Below are positions 37,780 through 52,254 of a stretch of 64,000 nt of DNA, piece by piece. Position numbers and translations under genes: made by a program. Below the pieces are notes generated by a model that worked only from the letters and a program-made list of their open reading frames with translations, was not told where the DNA came from and did no database searches. The stretch comes from Eledone cirrhosa (taxonomy: Eukaryota), in contig OZ024741.1 in the NCBI GenBank assembly GCA_964016885.1, positions 61,380,001-61,444,000 of the forward strand, written 5' to 3'. Every line of letters begins with the position of its first letter. Position 1 is the stretch's first letter.

Positions 37780-38830
37780 CCTAACAGGCTGTGTTCTTTC
37801 TGGTCCTGTGAAGCCCATCTTCTCAAGATTTGTACAGGGGCAGTTAGTAACATATCAGAGAGCCCCAATATTCATAGGTATAAATCTGAAGGCATAGTCA
37901 GGGTGGAGTGTCTGCAGCTTCTACATTAGTTCAGCATTGACGTTCTCCCTTTCACTAATCTTTAATGTTATATTGGCATCTGCTGGGCAGCTGAATACCA
38001 TTACTGTGCATGCCTTCTTTTCCCTGTCCCATATCATTATATCTGGTTTGTTATGCTTGCAAGTTATTGAGATTTTGATTGGAACATTCCACCAGTACTC
38101 TTTCATATTATGTATGTGTATGTCTTCCACATTGCTGTAGCTTTTAATGTGTTTATTAACGCGGCTATCTTTTCCACGGATTGCATTGTATAATGTTTTG
38201 GCCACTACATCATGCCTCATAGGTAGAGAGTACCGTGATTACATCTTTGGACAGCTGCTTATGACATGGGTGACATATTTGATGTTAATTTTGCAGAGTC
38301 TGCACTTGTTGTCACATCTAGGTGTTTTGCCTGCATCCCTATCTTTTTTATGAATCAGGTATTTTGTAGTTATTTCCTGTTCTTGGATTGCAAAAGCATA
38401 TCCTTCAAAGTGAGAGCCAATATAGTGAATGTTGGTCGAAGATAGACTACTTTGCTTATTTATTTATTACTCTCACTTTTGAGCCTCCTGACAACATATC
38501 TATGCATGAATTTTTGCTGATAAGAATCCATGGATTCACTGCAGTATTGCTGTGCAATTTCATTGGGTGTGAGATTTTGATTATTATACAAGGAGTATTG
38601 CTCAAGGACTTCCCATCTCTTATGATCTTATCTGTCTCATGTAGACAGACTTGTTCAATAGGTGTGCTCCTATGCTTAGTGGTTGTAGATCTTGTTGGAG
38701 GGATATGATGCGACACTCAAATGCTGTTTGGACTGATGTTAGACCTCTGCCACCCTGTTTACATTTTGGGTAGAAGCAGTCTATGTCACTGTTAATGTGG
38801 AAATTTCTGATGATGTTTAGGAATTTAACA
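37780..38830 (-). mobile_element. R4/Dong-like LINE 3' fragment (CCHC knuckle + restriction-like endonuclease)
   Basis: CRLC..THVISSC..RHDVVAK..HNKPDIMIWD..SCPAD; GGRGL motif upstream. Confidence 0.75.
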
Positions 38831-39716
38831 TCAATAGCTCATTGTATCACATTAAAGTTCACATAGCAATTTCTTCCATTTCCTCTGCACTAATATCATT
38901 TATTCTTCACAATGTTTATTTTAACCCTTTCATTACCATATTTCACACGAATTACACTGCCTATGATGTTTCATTGATTTTTGGAATAATCAAAAATTTT
39001 GTGTGATTTAGTAATATAGCTAACTTTCTCATAATCAATCTGATCTTCTCCAAGGTTGGGTTTCTCTCACAACTGCATAATTATAGATGATGTGTTGGGA
39101 GTTGAGGGACATTCAACTGCTATTTCTAGTAGGTTAAGCAAAACTGTATAGAGGTTTCTATCTCAAGTAAGGTATGTATGTATGTGTGTGTGTATGAATT
39201 TATGCATATGCCTCATGTAGGAATGTATGTATGCATATATGTGAGTCTGTATGTATGTACAATGTATCAACATCCTATCTAGGGGTAGGTTTCTCTCACA
39301 TCAACTCAATTCTGTGAAATCAGAGCTAAACACCGAACTTATGAACAGCACCTGAGCTGAAGGGAGCTCTTGAAAATATCCAACAGTGAAAGATTAACTT
39401 TTACTGTGTAATTGAGAAGCAAGCAGAGAACCAGCACCAGGGAGACTCCACAAATGTATTTTGAACAAAGATAATATGACACAGAGCACTTCAAACATAA
39501 AGCTTTCAGAGAGCAATAAAGCATGCTTTCATCCCTACTGAATATGTGTCAAAAAATCTGCAACTAAAGCTATAGGTATTCCATTTAATCAGACATATAG
39601 AAACTGTGATACCGTGTGTGGAGAGATAAGGTTAGCTATGTTATGTGGAACACAAGAGACTAAAAGTCACTAACAGAAGCATTATTGTTATTAGAATACA
39701 CATTTAATACATTTAA

Positions 39717-39971
39717 CCCTTTTGATAACAAACTGTCTAAAACCACCTCTGTTCCTATGATATATAGATATATATTTTAAAGTGCTTATATTTATCTAAA
39801 AACCTTCCTATCATAATTTTATGTAACAACATTTATGAAGTTGTGCTCAAATACCAGCTTAATAATGAAAAAGTTAGTTACATAATTAATTTCTCGGAAT
39901 TATTGATTATTTACAAAATTATTTGCAAATCATTAGCAGTACCTTGCACTAGTAATATGGTAACAAAAGGG
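39717..39971. mobile_element. Complete piggyBac-like MITE (reference copy, 255 bp)
   Basis: TTAA at 39713-39716 and 39972-39975; imperfect TIR ccctttt(t)gata / taacaaaaggg. Confidence 0.8.
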
Positions 39972-39989
39972 TTAATATAGTTTTTCTGG

Positions 39990-40250
39990 GAAGGCACATG
40001 GGTTAGTGGCTAGGTTATTCAGCTAATGATTGTAAGGATATGAGTTCAACTCTTAGTGATGGGTTATGTCCTTGGGCAAGGTACTTTATCTCACATTGCT
40101 TCAGTCCACTCAGCTGGTAAAAATAAGCTATGTGCCAGTCCTATCACACACTGAATCACTTAAAGAACTACTTTCAGGACACATGTTTGTGGAATGCTCA
40201 GTCACTTGCAAATTAATTTCAGAAGCAGAAATCAGACTGCTCAGCAGTTA
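39990..40250 (+). mobile_element. Older tRNA-headed SINE
   Basis: Degenerate A/B boxes; ccttgggcaaggtactttatctcacattgcttcagtccactcagctg core. Confidence 0.6.
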
Positions 40251-40368
40251 AACATCCAAAACCTGTCCCTTAAAAAATAAGTAAGGACATTCATGTATAT
40301 ATACGTTATATACATACACACACAGACAGACACATATATACACACACATATATATATATATATATATA

Positions 40369-41463
40369 TCTACTATATAAATTGGAAGTGGTCGGACGTT
40401 GTATATTTAAGTAAGTAGGTGTAGTCGGATAAACGTCGAAACGGCTTGTTGGAATGCAGCGAAAATTTACACAGTTATGCAGAATGACCCGAGGAGGCGT
40501 TGGGTCAACTTTCAAGCTACAAGCCTCCATGGTTACGCAGAAAATCGATGAAACAGGAATTTCCCATTCAAATTGAACTGAGAGTAATCTGTGAACACAG
40601 AAGTAAATATTTCGAGAAACGTTGCAACCGACGGAAAACAGGAAGACGATATTTTGGTTCGTAAAGACATTCCCTGGCAATGAACGGAAAAAAGCCAGGA
40701 TAATACCTCGTTATGTGGAGCGAGAAGAACAATTTCATGCAAAGACAAGACGAAGTTTATGATATAAATGGAGTCGTTAGACTAATATTCTATTTAAAAT
40801 AACAGAATGATTTCCAGCCCCGGAGTTTAAGAATGATGTAAATAAAATTGAAAACGAAAATGACAGAGGTTATTAAAATAGTAAAAGTAAATAGTGAAGA
40901 TTTAGGCCAATACATACGTATGCCCCGACGGACATACACATACATACGCACACACAAATACATACACACCCACAAACACCCACAAACACACGCACACACA
41001 AACACACACACACACAACCACACACGAGCGCGCACGTGTATAAACCTTATGCATTTCTACAGTATTTTCACCAAACTTAAGACATAGGTTACTTATGTAC
41101 TCCGGATGGTCATGGGCACTTTCATTTTTACAGATATTGATTATAGGGCCTCCCGGCAGATAACCCCCTTTAACCACTTCCTTGGAGTCGACTGAAGAAC
41201 TGCAGTACAATGCAACAAAACGTCATAACTTCTGGAGTTCACAACCGATTTTCACAAAACTTGACACATGGGCTACGTTTGTCCTACAGATGAATGTGAA
41301 CTCTCAGAATTGGCACATATTGAGTAGGGGACCCCTGGGGGCAGGAACCCTCTTTTGGAAAAAGCCGATGATTTTGTAAAAGTATAGTTTTCGAAGTAGC
41401 ACTGAAGTATTGACATAAATGATATACACAACTGCTATTTAATACCCGAGCAACCTCTGCTAG
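40369..41463 (+). mobile_element. Non-autonomous Helitron
   Basis: A|TC start, CTAG|T end; half-hairpin cccgagcaac shared with the 20509 element; CpG-rich interior. Confidence 0.75.
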
Positions 41464-41534
41464 TAATATATATATAAGTTTATCCCAGCTCCAATCGGGG
41501 GTAAGTAAGATACTCAATACATAGCAGAGTATAA

Positions 41535-41664
41535 ATATTTAATATAGAAATGGCTTCTACAGGACTAGAACTGTTTTATTCGGGAGAAATCATCAGGGCT
41601 TCCTGATGATTTCTTCCGAATGAAACAGTTCTAGTCCTGTAAAAGTCATTTCTATATTAAATAT
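41535..41664. ncRNA. 130-bp palindrome of two divergent hammerhead motifs
   Basis: 63-bp arms with 4-nt spacer; + strand ggcttc-CTGATGA-tttcttccgaat-GAAA-cag ttctagtc ctg-TA-aaagtc. Confidence 0.65.
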
Positions 41665-41680
41665 AATATATATACACAAT

Positions 41681-42023
41681 GGAGGCACATGGCTTAGTGG
41701 TTAGAGCATTGGCCTTGCAATCGAAAGGTTGTGAGTTCAATTCTCAGACCGGGTGATGTGTTGTTTCCTTGAGCAAGACACTTTATTTCACATTGCTCCA
41801 GTTTACTCAGCTGTAGAAATGAGATGATAACGACTGGGATCCATATCATTCCACTGTAAAGTGGTAGTGGAGGTGCCACGGCAAAAAAGCACCCAGCACT
41901 CACTGTAAATGAGGTTGGTGTTAGGAAGGGCATCCAGCTGTAGAAATCAAGCCAGAATCAGTTCCCGTCCCACCCTTGCAAGCAGGGAAAAGCGGACGTA
42001 AAATGAAATGATGATGATAATGA
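41681..42023 (+). mobile_element. OR-like SINE
   Basis: Near-identical to the 32307 copy. Confidence 0.9.
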
Positions 42024-42699
42024 CACATATACATATATATAGTTATATATATATGGATATATATATACGAGGTGTATCAGAAACATTCCAGGACTGATGT
42101 CACAAAAGATTCATTTCAAACCCAAACTTCACACATTACTTCAAAGTATGGAGTATGTAACTTAAATAGAAAACATGAATGGAATAGCAACATCACAACT
42201 TACAATTAAGGACAAAATCAAAACACACACACATAGAACAAACAACTAACTAGTAACATGTAAATAAATAAACAAATAAAATAAAAACACACACAGACAC
42301 CCGGATGTAACACCTGCGCAAACTAAGCAGACAACACACACAAATACAAGATGGCGTAGGACAGAACAAAGGAGAGGCATAAAACAAAACAAACAAAGGA
42401 GAGGCATAAAACAAAACAAAGAAAAGAATCCCCAGGCACTGAAGTGGTCACAGAATGTGTGATGAAAGAACTTTGACAATATATGAACAACCAACCGGAA
42501 ATTTATAACAAAGTATAACAATATCGGTTTCAACACACGTTTTCAGATAAAGAATCTTGCTAAACAAATTCAGAAACGAAACATATATATATAGTTATAT
42601 ATACACATATAAAGATATGTATACTCTTTTACTCTTTTACCTGTTTCAGCCATCCGGCTGAGGCCATGCTGGGGCATATGTATATATATTATGTATTAG

Positions 42700-43240
42700 A
42701 TGTCATTTCATAAGTCCAGCTAATCAGACCCTCCTATGCTTTATGATGTCAGAAATGTGAAGGTGTAAGCTGTAGAGCGATTCCTTTGCTATGTGGATAT
42801 GTTCTGAAACAAGAAGTTATCAAATTCTTCAATCTCCCAACTGTCCAGAACATGCATTTGTTTATTTGACATTCCATTGAGTTGTGTGAATTTTGTTTTG
42901 CCAACATTCAAAGAGAGTCGAATAGACTGTGTTGTGGCCTTCACTGTGTATCACTTACTCAGCTCTGTTGAAGGTGTTTTCCAGGAGAGCTATGTCATCT
43001 GCATAAACCATTTTAGTTAGAACTTCTTCCGGATGTTGGGTGCCTTGTATGTGGCTTGCATTAGCCAGACAGGTGAAACGTCAAAATGAAGCTGCTGGCA
43101 GAGTTCTTTTTTGGAAACCTGATGCATGCAGATGAGTTGGGAGACCAACCACAATGCTGAAGGATGTCCTTGAAGATGACATCGGGCCAGAGGCAGGGGA
43201 AATCCAGATGGCAATGCTAGACAGGGTGAACTGGAGTAAA
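42700..43240 (+). mobile_element. RTE-like LINE fragment with inverted 5' part
   Basis: 42700-43020 encodes VYADDIALL on minus; 43040-43240 encodes the 3' ORF end (VLFWKP..VGRP..AMLDRVNW) on plus. Confidence 0.6.
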
Positions 43241-43251
43241 CATATATATAT

Positions 43252-43632
43252 AATAATTGTTTCTACTTTAGGCACAAGGCCAGCAATTACCCAGTGTATT
43301 ACTGGTACTTTATTTTATCGACCACGTAAGGATGAAAGGCAAAGTTAACCGCGGCAAGATTTGAACTCAGAATGGCAAGGGCCGTAACTCTATGCGTCAA
43401 AGCATGGCGTCCGACCCTCTATCAATACTGCCAATCCACCGCCCTATATATAATAATAATAATTGTTTCTACAATAGGCACAAGGCCAGCAATTATTCCA
43501 GTGTATTACTGGTACTTTATTTTATCGACCCCCGTTAGGATGAAAAGCAAAGTTAACCTCGACGGGATTTGAACTCAGAATGGCAAGGGCCGTATCTCTA
43601 TGCGTCAAAGCTTGGCGTCCGACCCTCTACCG
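43252..43632 (-). mobile_element. Two tandem OK-like SINEs
   Basis: 43252-43445 complete; 43458-43632 lacks the extreme 5' end. Confidence 0.85.
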
Positions 43633-43889
43633 AATAATAAACAAAAGACGGTTACTTTAGTCCATGCCAATAAATATATATTTATGTATATACAATATAT
43701 TAACAAATGGAAACTATATTTATAAAACCATATTTATTTTATTATACATATTTCAAGGGCCACCAAGGCAAATTATGGATAAAATACAGATAAAATACAA
43801 TACAGATTAGTTTTATAAATAAATATTGACATACCCTGAAAAAAAGACAACCTTATATGTATGTATATATATATATATACATACATACA

Positions 43890-44314
43890 TAGTGGTTAGA
43901 GCATTGGGCTAGCAATCGAAAGGTTGTGAGTTCAATTCTCGGACCGGGTGTGGTGTTGTTTCCTTGACCAAAAACACTTTATTTCACATTGCTCCAGTTT
44001 ACTCAGCTGTAGAAATGAGATGATAGGACTGGAGTCCCTATCATTCCACTGCAAAGTGGTCGTGGAGGTGCCATGGCAAAAGAGCACCCAGCCCACACTG
44101 TAAGGTGGACGTGTAGGCGGCGCGGAAAAAAGCATCCAGCACTCACTGTAAATGAGGTTGGTGTTAGGAAGGGCATCTAGCTGTAGAAATCAAGCCAGAA
44201 TCAGTTCCAATATGAGCAAGACAAGGTCAGCTGAGCAGACACTGCCCAGAACAGGACAACCCGTCTAACCCATGCTAGCGAGGAAGAACGGACGTAAAAC
44301 GGTGATGATGATGA
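43890..44314 (+). mobile_element. OR-like SINE variant with duplicated internal unit and longer 3' tail
   Basis: Same head; two cactgtaa..aaaaagcacccag units; tail matches 50361-50628 (minus). Confidence 0.85.
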
Positions 44315-44587
44315 AACACACATATATATAAACAAAAACATATATTTATATATATACATAAAGAGACATATATATATACATACATAAATATACATATATA
44401 CATATATATATATATACATACATAAATATACACATATATACATACATGAATATACATATATGTATACATGTATATATATATATACACGTACATAAATATA
44501 CATTTATGTATACATATATATACACACACACGTATATATACAAATACACATTCATATATACATACATATATTTACAAGTACACTTTC

Positions 44588-44618
<31 letters not shown>

Positions 44619-44626
44619 TATATATA

Positions 44627-45716
<1,090 letters not shown>

Positions 45717-45867
45717 TATATATATATTCATATATATATATATTCATATATATATATATATATATACATATATATTATATATATATACATATGTAATCAT
45801 ATGTATGCATATATTTTATTATATATATATATACACACATATATACATATATATATATATATATATA

Positions 45868-47151
45868 CAGGGTGCAGACGATATTTGTTCACCATTTTCA
45901 ACTGCTAATTTTATGCAAAGTTTTTTTACTTCCGTGTCACTCTTGTCTTCATAAAAACAGTGACTATATTTCCATTATTTATTTTCAGAATAATTGATTA
46001 TGAATAATTTTGAACCTCCAAATTTATGGAAAAGGCACGGAGTTCTTCTTGGAATCCGTGCCGGGAGGACAAATGAGGAAATTTCAGACTTTCTCACCGT
46101 CAGTAGGAGAATGGTGGAAAAGGTCAGAAAGGAATTGGAAGATTCAGGATTCGACTACGAAGCAACATCAGAGAGGAAAACACATGATCGACGATCTGAC
46201 GCTTTCAGAACGCCCGAGTTTGTCACTGAAGTTCAGGATATCATCAACAATGAACCTAGCAAGTCGATGCGTGCCATTGCAAGGGAGAAAGGCGTGGATG
46301 AAAAGCTCATTAGGCTGGTGGTACATGAAGACATTCATTACATTTCATACAAGTTGAGGAAAGGGCAATTTCTGTCAAAGGCGATGCAAGAAAAGCGACT
46401 GAAGCACGCAAAGAAGTTGATCAACAAGTTGAAACACCCACTGGAGCCAGACATGCTGTGGTTTTTCTCCGACGAGAAAAACTTCTACCAAGACCAGAAG
46501 ATCAACTCCCAGAACAACAAGTGGCTTGCTGTCTCATCCAAAGACGTGCCCAGAGTCATGCAGACAAAGTTTCCAGCGACAACATTGGTCTTAGGTGTCG
46601 TCAGCAGTCAAGGTGACGTCATGCCACCTCACTTCTTCCCTGAGGGCCTCAAGATGAACACTGATGGCTACATTTGCATTCTGAGCGAGGTAGTAAAGCC
46701 CTGGATCGACCAGGTAACTGCAGGTAGGCTGTACATGTGGCAGCAAGACTCAGCGCCCTGACATACCAGCCGAAAGACCCAAGCCTGGCTGTCAGAGAAC
46801 TTCGTCGACCACACTTCACCTGACATCTGGCCTCCCCATCGCCTGACTGCAACCCCCTCGACTTCTTTGTGTGGGGTGGAGTGGAACGAGATACCAACAG
46901 ATCTAGCTGCAATACAAAAGACGATCTGAAGGCCAGGATCACAAGTGCCTTTAGGGACCTAAGTCGGGGGACAGTGACGAGACCGCCTTGAGGCCGTCAT
47001 CAAAGCCAATGGCGGGTTTATTGAGTGAGATCGAAAGAACAAATCATGAAGACAAACTGACCCAAGTTTGATAAATAAATCTTAAAATATAAAACTACTG
47101 TGTTATTTTTTCCTAGACAGTAATCTTGCGAACAAATATTGTTCCACCCTG
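45868..47151 (+). mobile_element. maT (DD37D) Tc1/mariner-superfamily transposon, 1284 bp
   Basis: TA-flanked; TIR cagggtgcagacgatatttgttc / gaacaaatattgttccaccctg. Confidence 0.9.
46000..47028 (+). pseudogene. DD37D transposase with a stop at 46759-46761 and a frameshift near 46838
   Basis: FFSDEKNF..WQQDSAP*H..WPP/SPDCNPLDFFVWG; 37 residues between the second and third D after repair. Confidence 0.9.
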
Positions 47152-47160
47152 TATATATAT

Positions 47161-47360
47161 CATCATCATCATCATCATCATTTTACGTCCACTTTTCCCC
47201 GTTTGCAAGGGTGGACAGGTCCTATTCAGCATAGCATTTCTCAACTTGTCTCGGTCCTTCGTCATCTCCTCCGTGAGCTTCAGCGATCTGAGGTCTGCTC
47301 TCACCACCTCCGCCCATGTTTTCGTGGTCTTCCTCTACTCCATCTTCCTTCTACTGGGAT
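47161..47360 (-). mobile_element. RTE LINE extreme 3' end
   Basis: RGRPRKTWAEVVRADLRSLKLTEEMTKDRDKLR plus (ATG)n tail. Confidence 0.75.
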
Positions 47361-48412
47361 ATATACATATATACATAGCGTGGAAGTTGGACGTTAAACA
47401 ATGATGATGATGATGATATACATATACATATATATACATATATATATTTATACAATCATATATATGCATATATATATATATAAATATATATATACACACA
47501 TATATGGGACAAGGTGATAAAAGCAACCTTGCACAACTGAAACTCTCAAAGACACAGGATCAAGATCTTTGGTGTTACCGAGTAATACAGATGACATGCC
47601 TTCCCATGTACACAGACTCAAACTCCACTGCTGTGCACACCACCCTTACACTGTAAATAAAATATATCCAGCCCACACTGTAAAGTAAGCGTGTAGGTCT
47701 CACAACAAAAAGCACCCAGTCCCCACTGTATAGTGGTTGTGTCGGTCTCACGACAAAAAGCACCCAGCCAATACTCTAATGTGGTTGTCTATGTGTCACA
47801 ACAAAAAGTAGCCAGCACACACTGTAAATGTGGTTGGCCTTAGGAAGGGCATCCGGCCATAGAAACCTAGCCAGAAACAGTCCTATATGAGTAAGACATG
47901 AGCAACTGACCCAACTTACCTCAAATGGGATAACCTGTCTAACCCATGCTAGTGTGGAAAATGGATGTTAAACAATAATCATGATGATGATATATATATA
48001 TTACTTTAAGAGAAAAAGAAAAATTACTTGTGTCAGCCAATCAGTATATTTGAATGAAGAAAACTTCACTTGTCTACAGATTCTGGTTCTATTATTTGCC
48101 AGTGGGAATTCCAAAATAGAGAGAGAGAAGGGGAAGAACAATAAATATTGTTTCAAAACTATTGCTATAAAATGGCTGAGTAATAATGCAAGAAAGTTTG
48201 AGTCAGTTGAGAGAGGGGTTTGATTGAGGGGTGGGAAATCTTAAAAAATATCTGTCATGCTCAGCACTGGAAAATAGTTTGCTCCTTTGGAAGAGCAGAG
48301 AAATTTGTGTGATGCAGTAAAATATTTCGAAATATCAATTCTAACTGAACTCAAGGGGCCTGTCAGAGTTGATTTGCAAAAATAATGCTTAAAATGGTAA
48401 TTCTACCATTAA

Positions 48413-48821
48413 CCCTATCATTACCATATTCATTATCATATATAAATATATATATATAATTCTTAAATATACAGTTCTCATGACAAACACTGTCTATGAT
48501 TTTCAAATAATTTTGAAAATATCTTTAGTCTTTACATTATGAAGTTTCTCATTTATTTAGTGTTTTGAACACAGCTTAACAAAGGTTCTTATATACAATT
48601 ATGATGGAAGGGTGTTTAGATAAAATAAACACTTTAACCATTTCATTACCATATTTCTACCTATGATTTTCAAAATAACCATAAAAATATTTTTTTCAAA
48701 ATAACCATAAACATATTTTTTAGAATTATGGTAGGTGTTTAAATTACTATAATCACTTTAAAATAAATAGTTTTGTATAATTGAACCAGCAGTGATTTCA
48801 TGCAGTTTGATATCAAAATGG
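48413..48821. mobile_element. Two head-to-tail piggyBac-like MITEs joined at TTAA 48634-48637
   Basis: ttaa-ccctatcattacc ... aaacactttaa-ccatttcattacc ... tatcaaaatgg-ttaa. Confidence 0.65.
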
Positions 48822-48826
48822 TTAAC

Positions 48827-49000
48827 CAGTGTTTCTCAACGTTTTTTGTCCAATGCCCCACCTCAGTTTTCCCCACAAATGTACACCACACAATGATCAG
48901 ATAAAGTGTACAACACAGTATATAACATAATATGTACGCCCCCATTCTGAAGTCCCATACTTCACCAAAATATTGCCTTACCCCACCTTGTGAAACACTG
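48827..49000. mobile_element. hAT/Charlie-like MITE
   Basis: TIR cagtgtttctcaa / ttgtgaaacactg; TSD not clean. Confidence 0.55.
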
Positions 49001-50360
49001 AATTAAACCAACCCTCAAATTTATTAAGCTAACACCATCATTCCTTCTCTTAACATCCTTTAATGATTTAGAAGAAAATAACTAAAAATGGGTTTGTTAA
49101 TTCAAATGTTTATAGTATTTTTACTAGGGAAAATATCATTGTAAAAATTTGCATGAATGTCTTTCTAATGTGGTTTCATGTGGTACATAACGTTAAGAGT
49201 TAAAGCAACCTTATCATTCTTTCAACTGGCAGTACTATTCCTTAAATCAAAGCTTTTCTTCTATAAAACACTGTTCTTCCTCTCTTTCTCTCAGTCTTCT
49301 CTCACTCATTCTGTAAAATGTGTGTGCAGTATGTAGTATAGATAATATTGAGATTTATTTTGATAGAATTTTGACTTTGGGACTTCAAATTGTCTAAGAT
49401 TGTTATTGATAAATCCATCAACTAGGCAGATTGTTAATCTCTATTCACTAAATGCCGGCAGAATCTTTAGAAAATGGACTGAAGATGAGGAAGAAGAACC
49501 ACAACAACAACAACAAAAAACAAGTTTCGACTTCCAATATTGAACATTGACCATTGTTAGGAATAAACAAAGATGTAACAGGTACCTTGGAGAGAAACTC
49601 ACCATCTTGGAAAATTTCAGAGAAAAACAAATACAAATCAAAAACACAAGAATCCATCTCAACACAAAAGTTTGCTGAGTGGAACAATCAATCCTTACAA
49701 AGTAATAAAATACTGCAATCGATACATGTGAAACTATATTCTCATTTATCTAATCCAAAAATAGACAGCCTGTATACATCAAAGACTTAGCTAGAATTTA
49801 CCCCCAGCATCCAAAGAAAAGCACTGAGGCTTAGATAGATATTAAGCAGACTTGGTTAAACATACACATACACACACACACAAACATACACACACACAGT
49901 TCTTGACAGTAGTTCAATGAAAATTTCTGGGTTTTAAACGGAATATTTAACTTGTGATAAATATAAAGATGGTGGTGATACTGTTGGTCATGGTGGCAGT
50001 GGTTGTGATAGTCGTGATTGTGATGGTGGTGGTGATGCAGAAACAGATTAAGGGTGAGAGCCACTGGACTGCAGCCAAGTCCATAAATATTTACCATATT
50101 TCTAATGAAAGACACTGCCTTTGATTCAAATAATATTGAAATTTATCAACAATTTGGATAGATTTAGTAATATAACTAACTTTCCCATTATTAATATAGT
50201 GTTTGGAACATAACTTAAGAAAAGTTCTTACATAAAATTATGATAGATAAATATAAACATTTTAGCTCTATCATTATATATATATGTATGCAAATACGTA
50301 TGTATGCATATATCATCATCATCATTTCATGTCTGCTTTTTGCTGCTTGAAAGGGTGGAA

Positions 50361-50628
50361 CATCATCATCACCGTTTTACGTCCGTTCTTCCACGCTAGC
50401 ATGGGTTAGACGGGTTGTCCTGTTGTGAGCAGTGTCTGGTCGGCTGACCTTGTCTTCCTCATACGGGAACTGATTCTGGCTTGATTTCTACAGCTGGATG
50501 CCCTTCCTAACCCCAACCTCATTTACAGTGAGTGCTGGGTGCTTTTTTTTCGTGGCACCTACACGTCCACTTTACAGTATGGGCTGGGTGCTTTTTTGCC
50601 ATGGCACCTCCACGACCACTTTGCAGTG
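50361..50628 (-). mobile_element. 3' half of the OR-like SINE variant
   Basis: Reverse complement of 44046-44314. Confidence 0.8.
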
Positions 50629-51074
50629 GGAGGGTGTGGGGGCATATTGTCTATATGCTTCAGCTTCGGTTTGTATCCATGGGGGTCGGGTCTTCTGTAT
50701 TACTGCATGACGCTAGAGGTCACGGTCGTGTGTCATCGCCTTTGAGAGGTGTAATTGGGTAAGGTTGGCTTTTATCACCTCATCCCAGGTCTTCTTGGGT
50801 CTCCCCACTCCGCTGTTTCCATCGACTTCTAGTGCTCTGCACCTTTTTATATATAAATAAATATAAGAATGTATCAATATATATATATATACACTTCTCC
50901 ATGGGATGGATGTGCAGGGCCACTGGCATATTACAATGATTGCATAACTGCACCAATGATTGTGTAAGCATCTGATGAAGTCACATGAATAAACGTGTAA
51001 CAGAAATATATATAATGCAATAAACAATTATGGTGTTTTAACCCCATCTTAACTACCATTATTTGATCATTTTT

Positions 51075-51255
51075 GGTGGATTGGCAGTATCGGTAGAGGG
51101 TCGGACGCCATGCTTTCCAGCATAGTTACGTCCCTTTACAGTCTGAGTTCAAATCCCGCCGAGGTTGACTTTGCCTTTCATCCTTACGGGGTCGATAAAA
51201 TAAAGTACCAGTAATGCACTGGGTAATTGCTGGCCTTGTGCCTAAAGTAGAAACA
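51075..51255 (+). mobile_element. OK-like SINE with 17-bp TSD
   Basis: TSD attatttgatcattttt at 51058-51074 and 51256-51272; A/B boxes. Confidence 0.88.
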
Positions 51256-52254
51256 ATTATTTGATCATTTTTTTTTTATATATGTATATATGTGTGTGTG
51301 TGTGTGTATGTATTTATATAAACGTGTGTGCATAGATGTGTGCGTGCATGTGGTGTGTTTATCATTATTTTTTATGTCTGCTTTTCCATGTTTTGCAGGG
51401 GATGTACAGCTCCTTCCACTGGCATCATCTAGCAATTCTTCACCCAGCATTCATCATCATCACTGTTTAATATCTATTTTTCTTGCTTGCATAGTTTAGA
51501 TGGATGTCATGTGTCGAGGCCTGACCAATCAAGTGACTAGTTCCTGTTCACATGCTTTGTCTTGCCTTGATTTATACAGCTGGATGTTTTTCTAATGCCA
51601 ACCAATTTACAGCTATTACTGGGAGCATGATTTCTATGGCTAGATGCTCTTCTTTTACAGCATGTACTGAGAGAATTTTTTGTGGTAGCAGCACTACCAC
51701 TATACAGGATGGACTGGGTGCTTTTGTAGTGGCATCAGCACTATCTCATTGCAGCATTAGGGTGCTCAGTGTGCTTGGTTGTACTGGGTGTGGGGGTGTT
51801 GGTGGAAGTTTAGGCGGGGGTACAAGCATTGCACTGCTGTGGAGGGTGTATTCATGATGATGGCAGTGAAGCAAGTGGGTGATATCTGAATACATTATTG
51901 GATGTTCCCAGCTTCCCTTGATGACACAAAATGGGGTGCATTTATAAACTGCTTGGAAAATAGTAGCTGGAAAATTGTTGGGTCTGCAAGGTTTCAGCAG
52001 GGATGGGGAATCAATCAAGGTTCATTCTAGCATGGGTTGGGCAAAGAGGTCAGAAGTATACTAGCAGGCAAAGACCTGAGAGTTGTTCCATGTCTCTTCT
52101 TCTTCAGATTTAGGGTAGGGGAAGGGGATCAGGGTCATGCTAGCAGGGAATTCAGGAGTACACTGACAGGCAAGGAGTGGGACCGCAATGCTGTATCACC
52201 TCTTTGATTCTTCAGGTTTAATGAGGAGGGGGTTAGCCATTTTCTTGGTTGCTT

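Noticed and set aside
39339-39560. Exon-like stretch with ttgcag acceptor on minus
   Set aside because: All frames from the acceptor hit stops early
49441-49790. Short ORFs on both strands with a signal-peptide-like or poly-N/Q look
   Set aside because: In-frame stops nearby, no recognisable motif or clear splice pair
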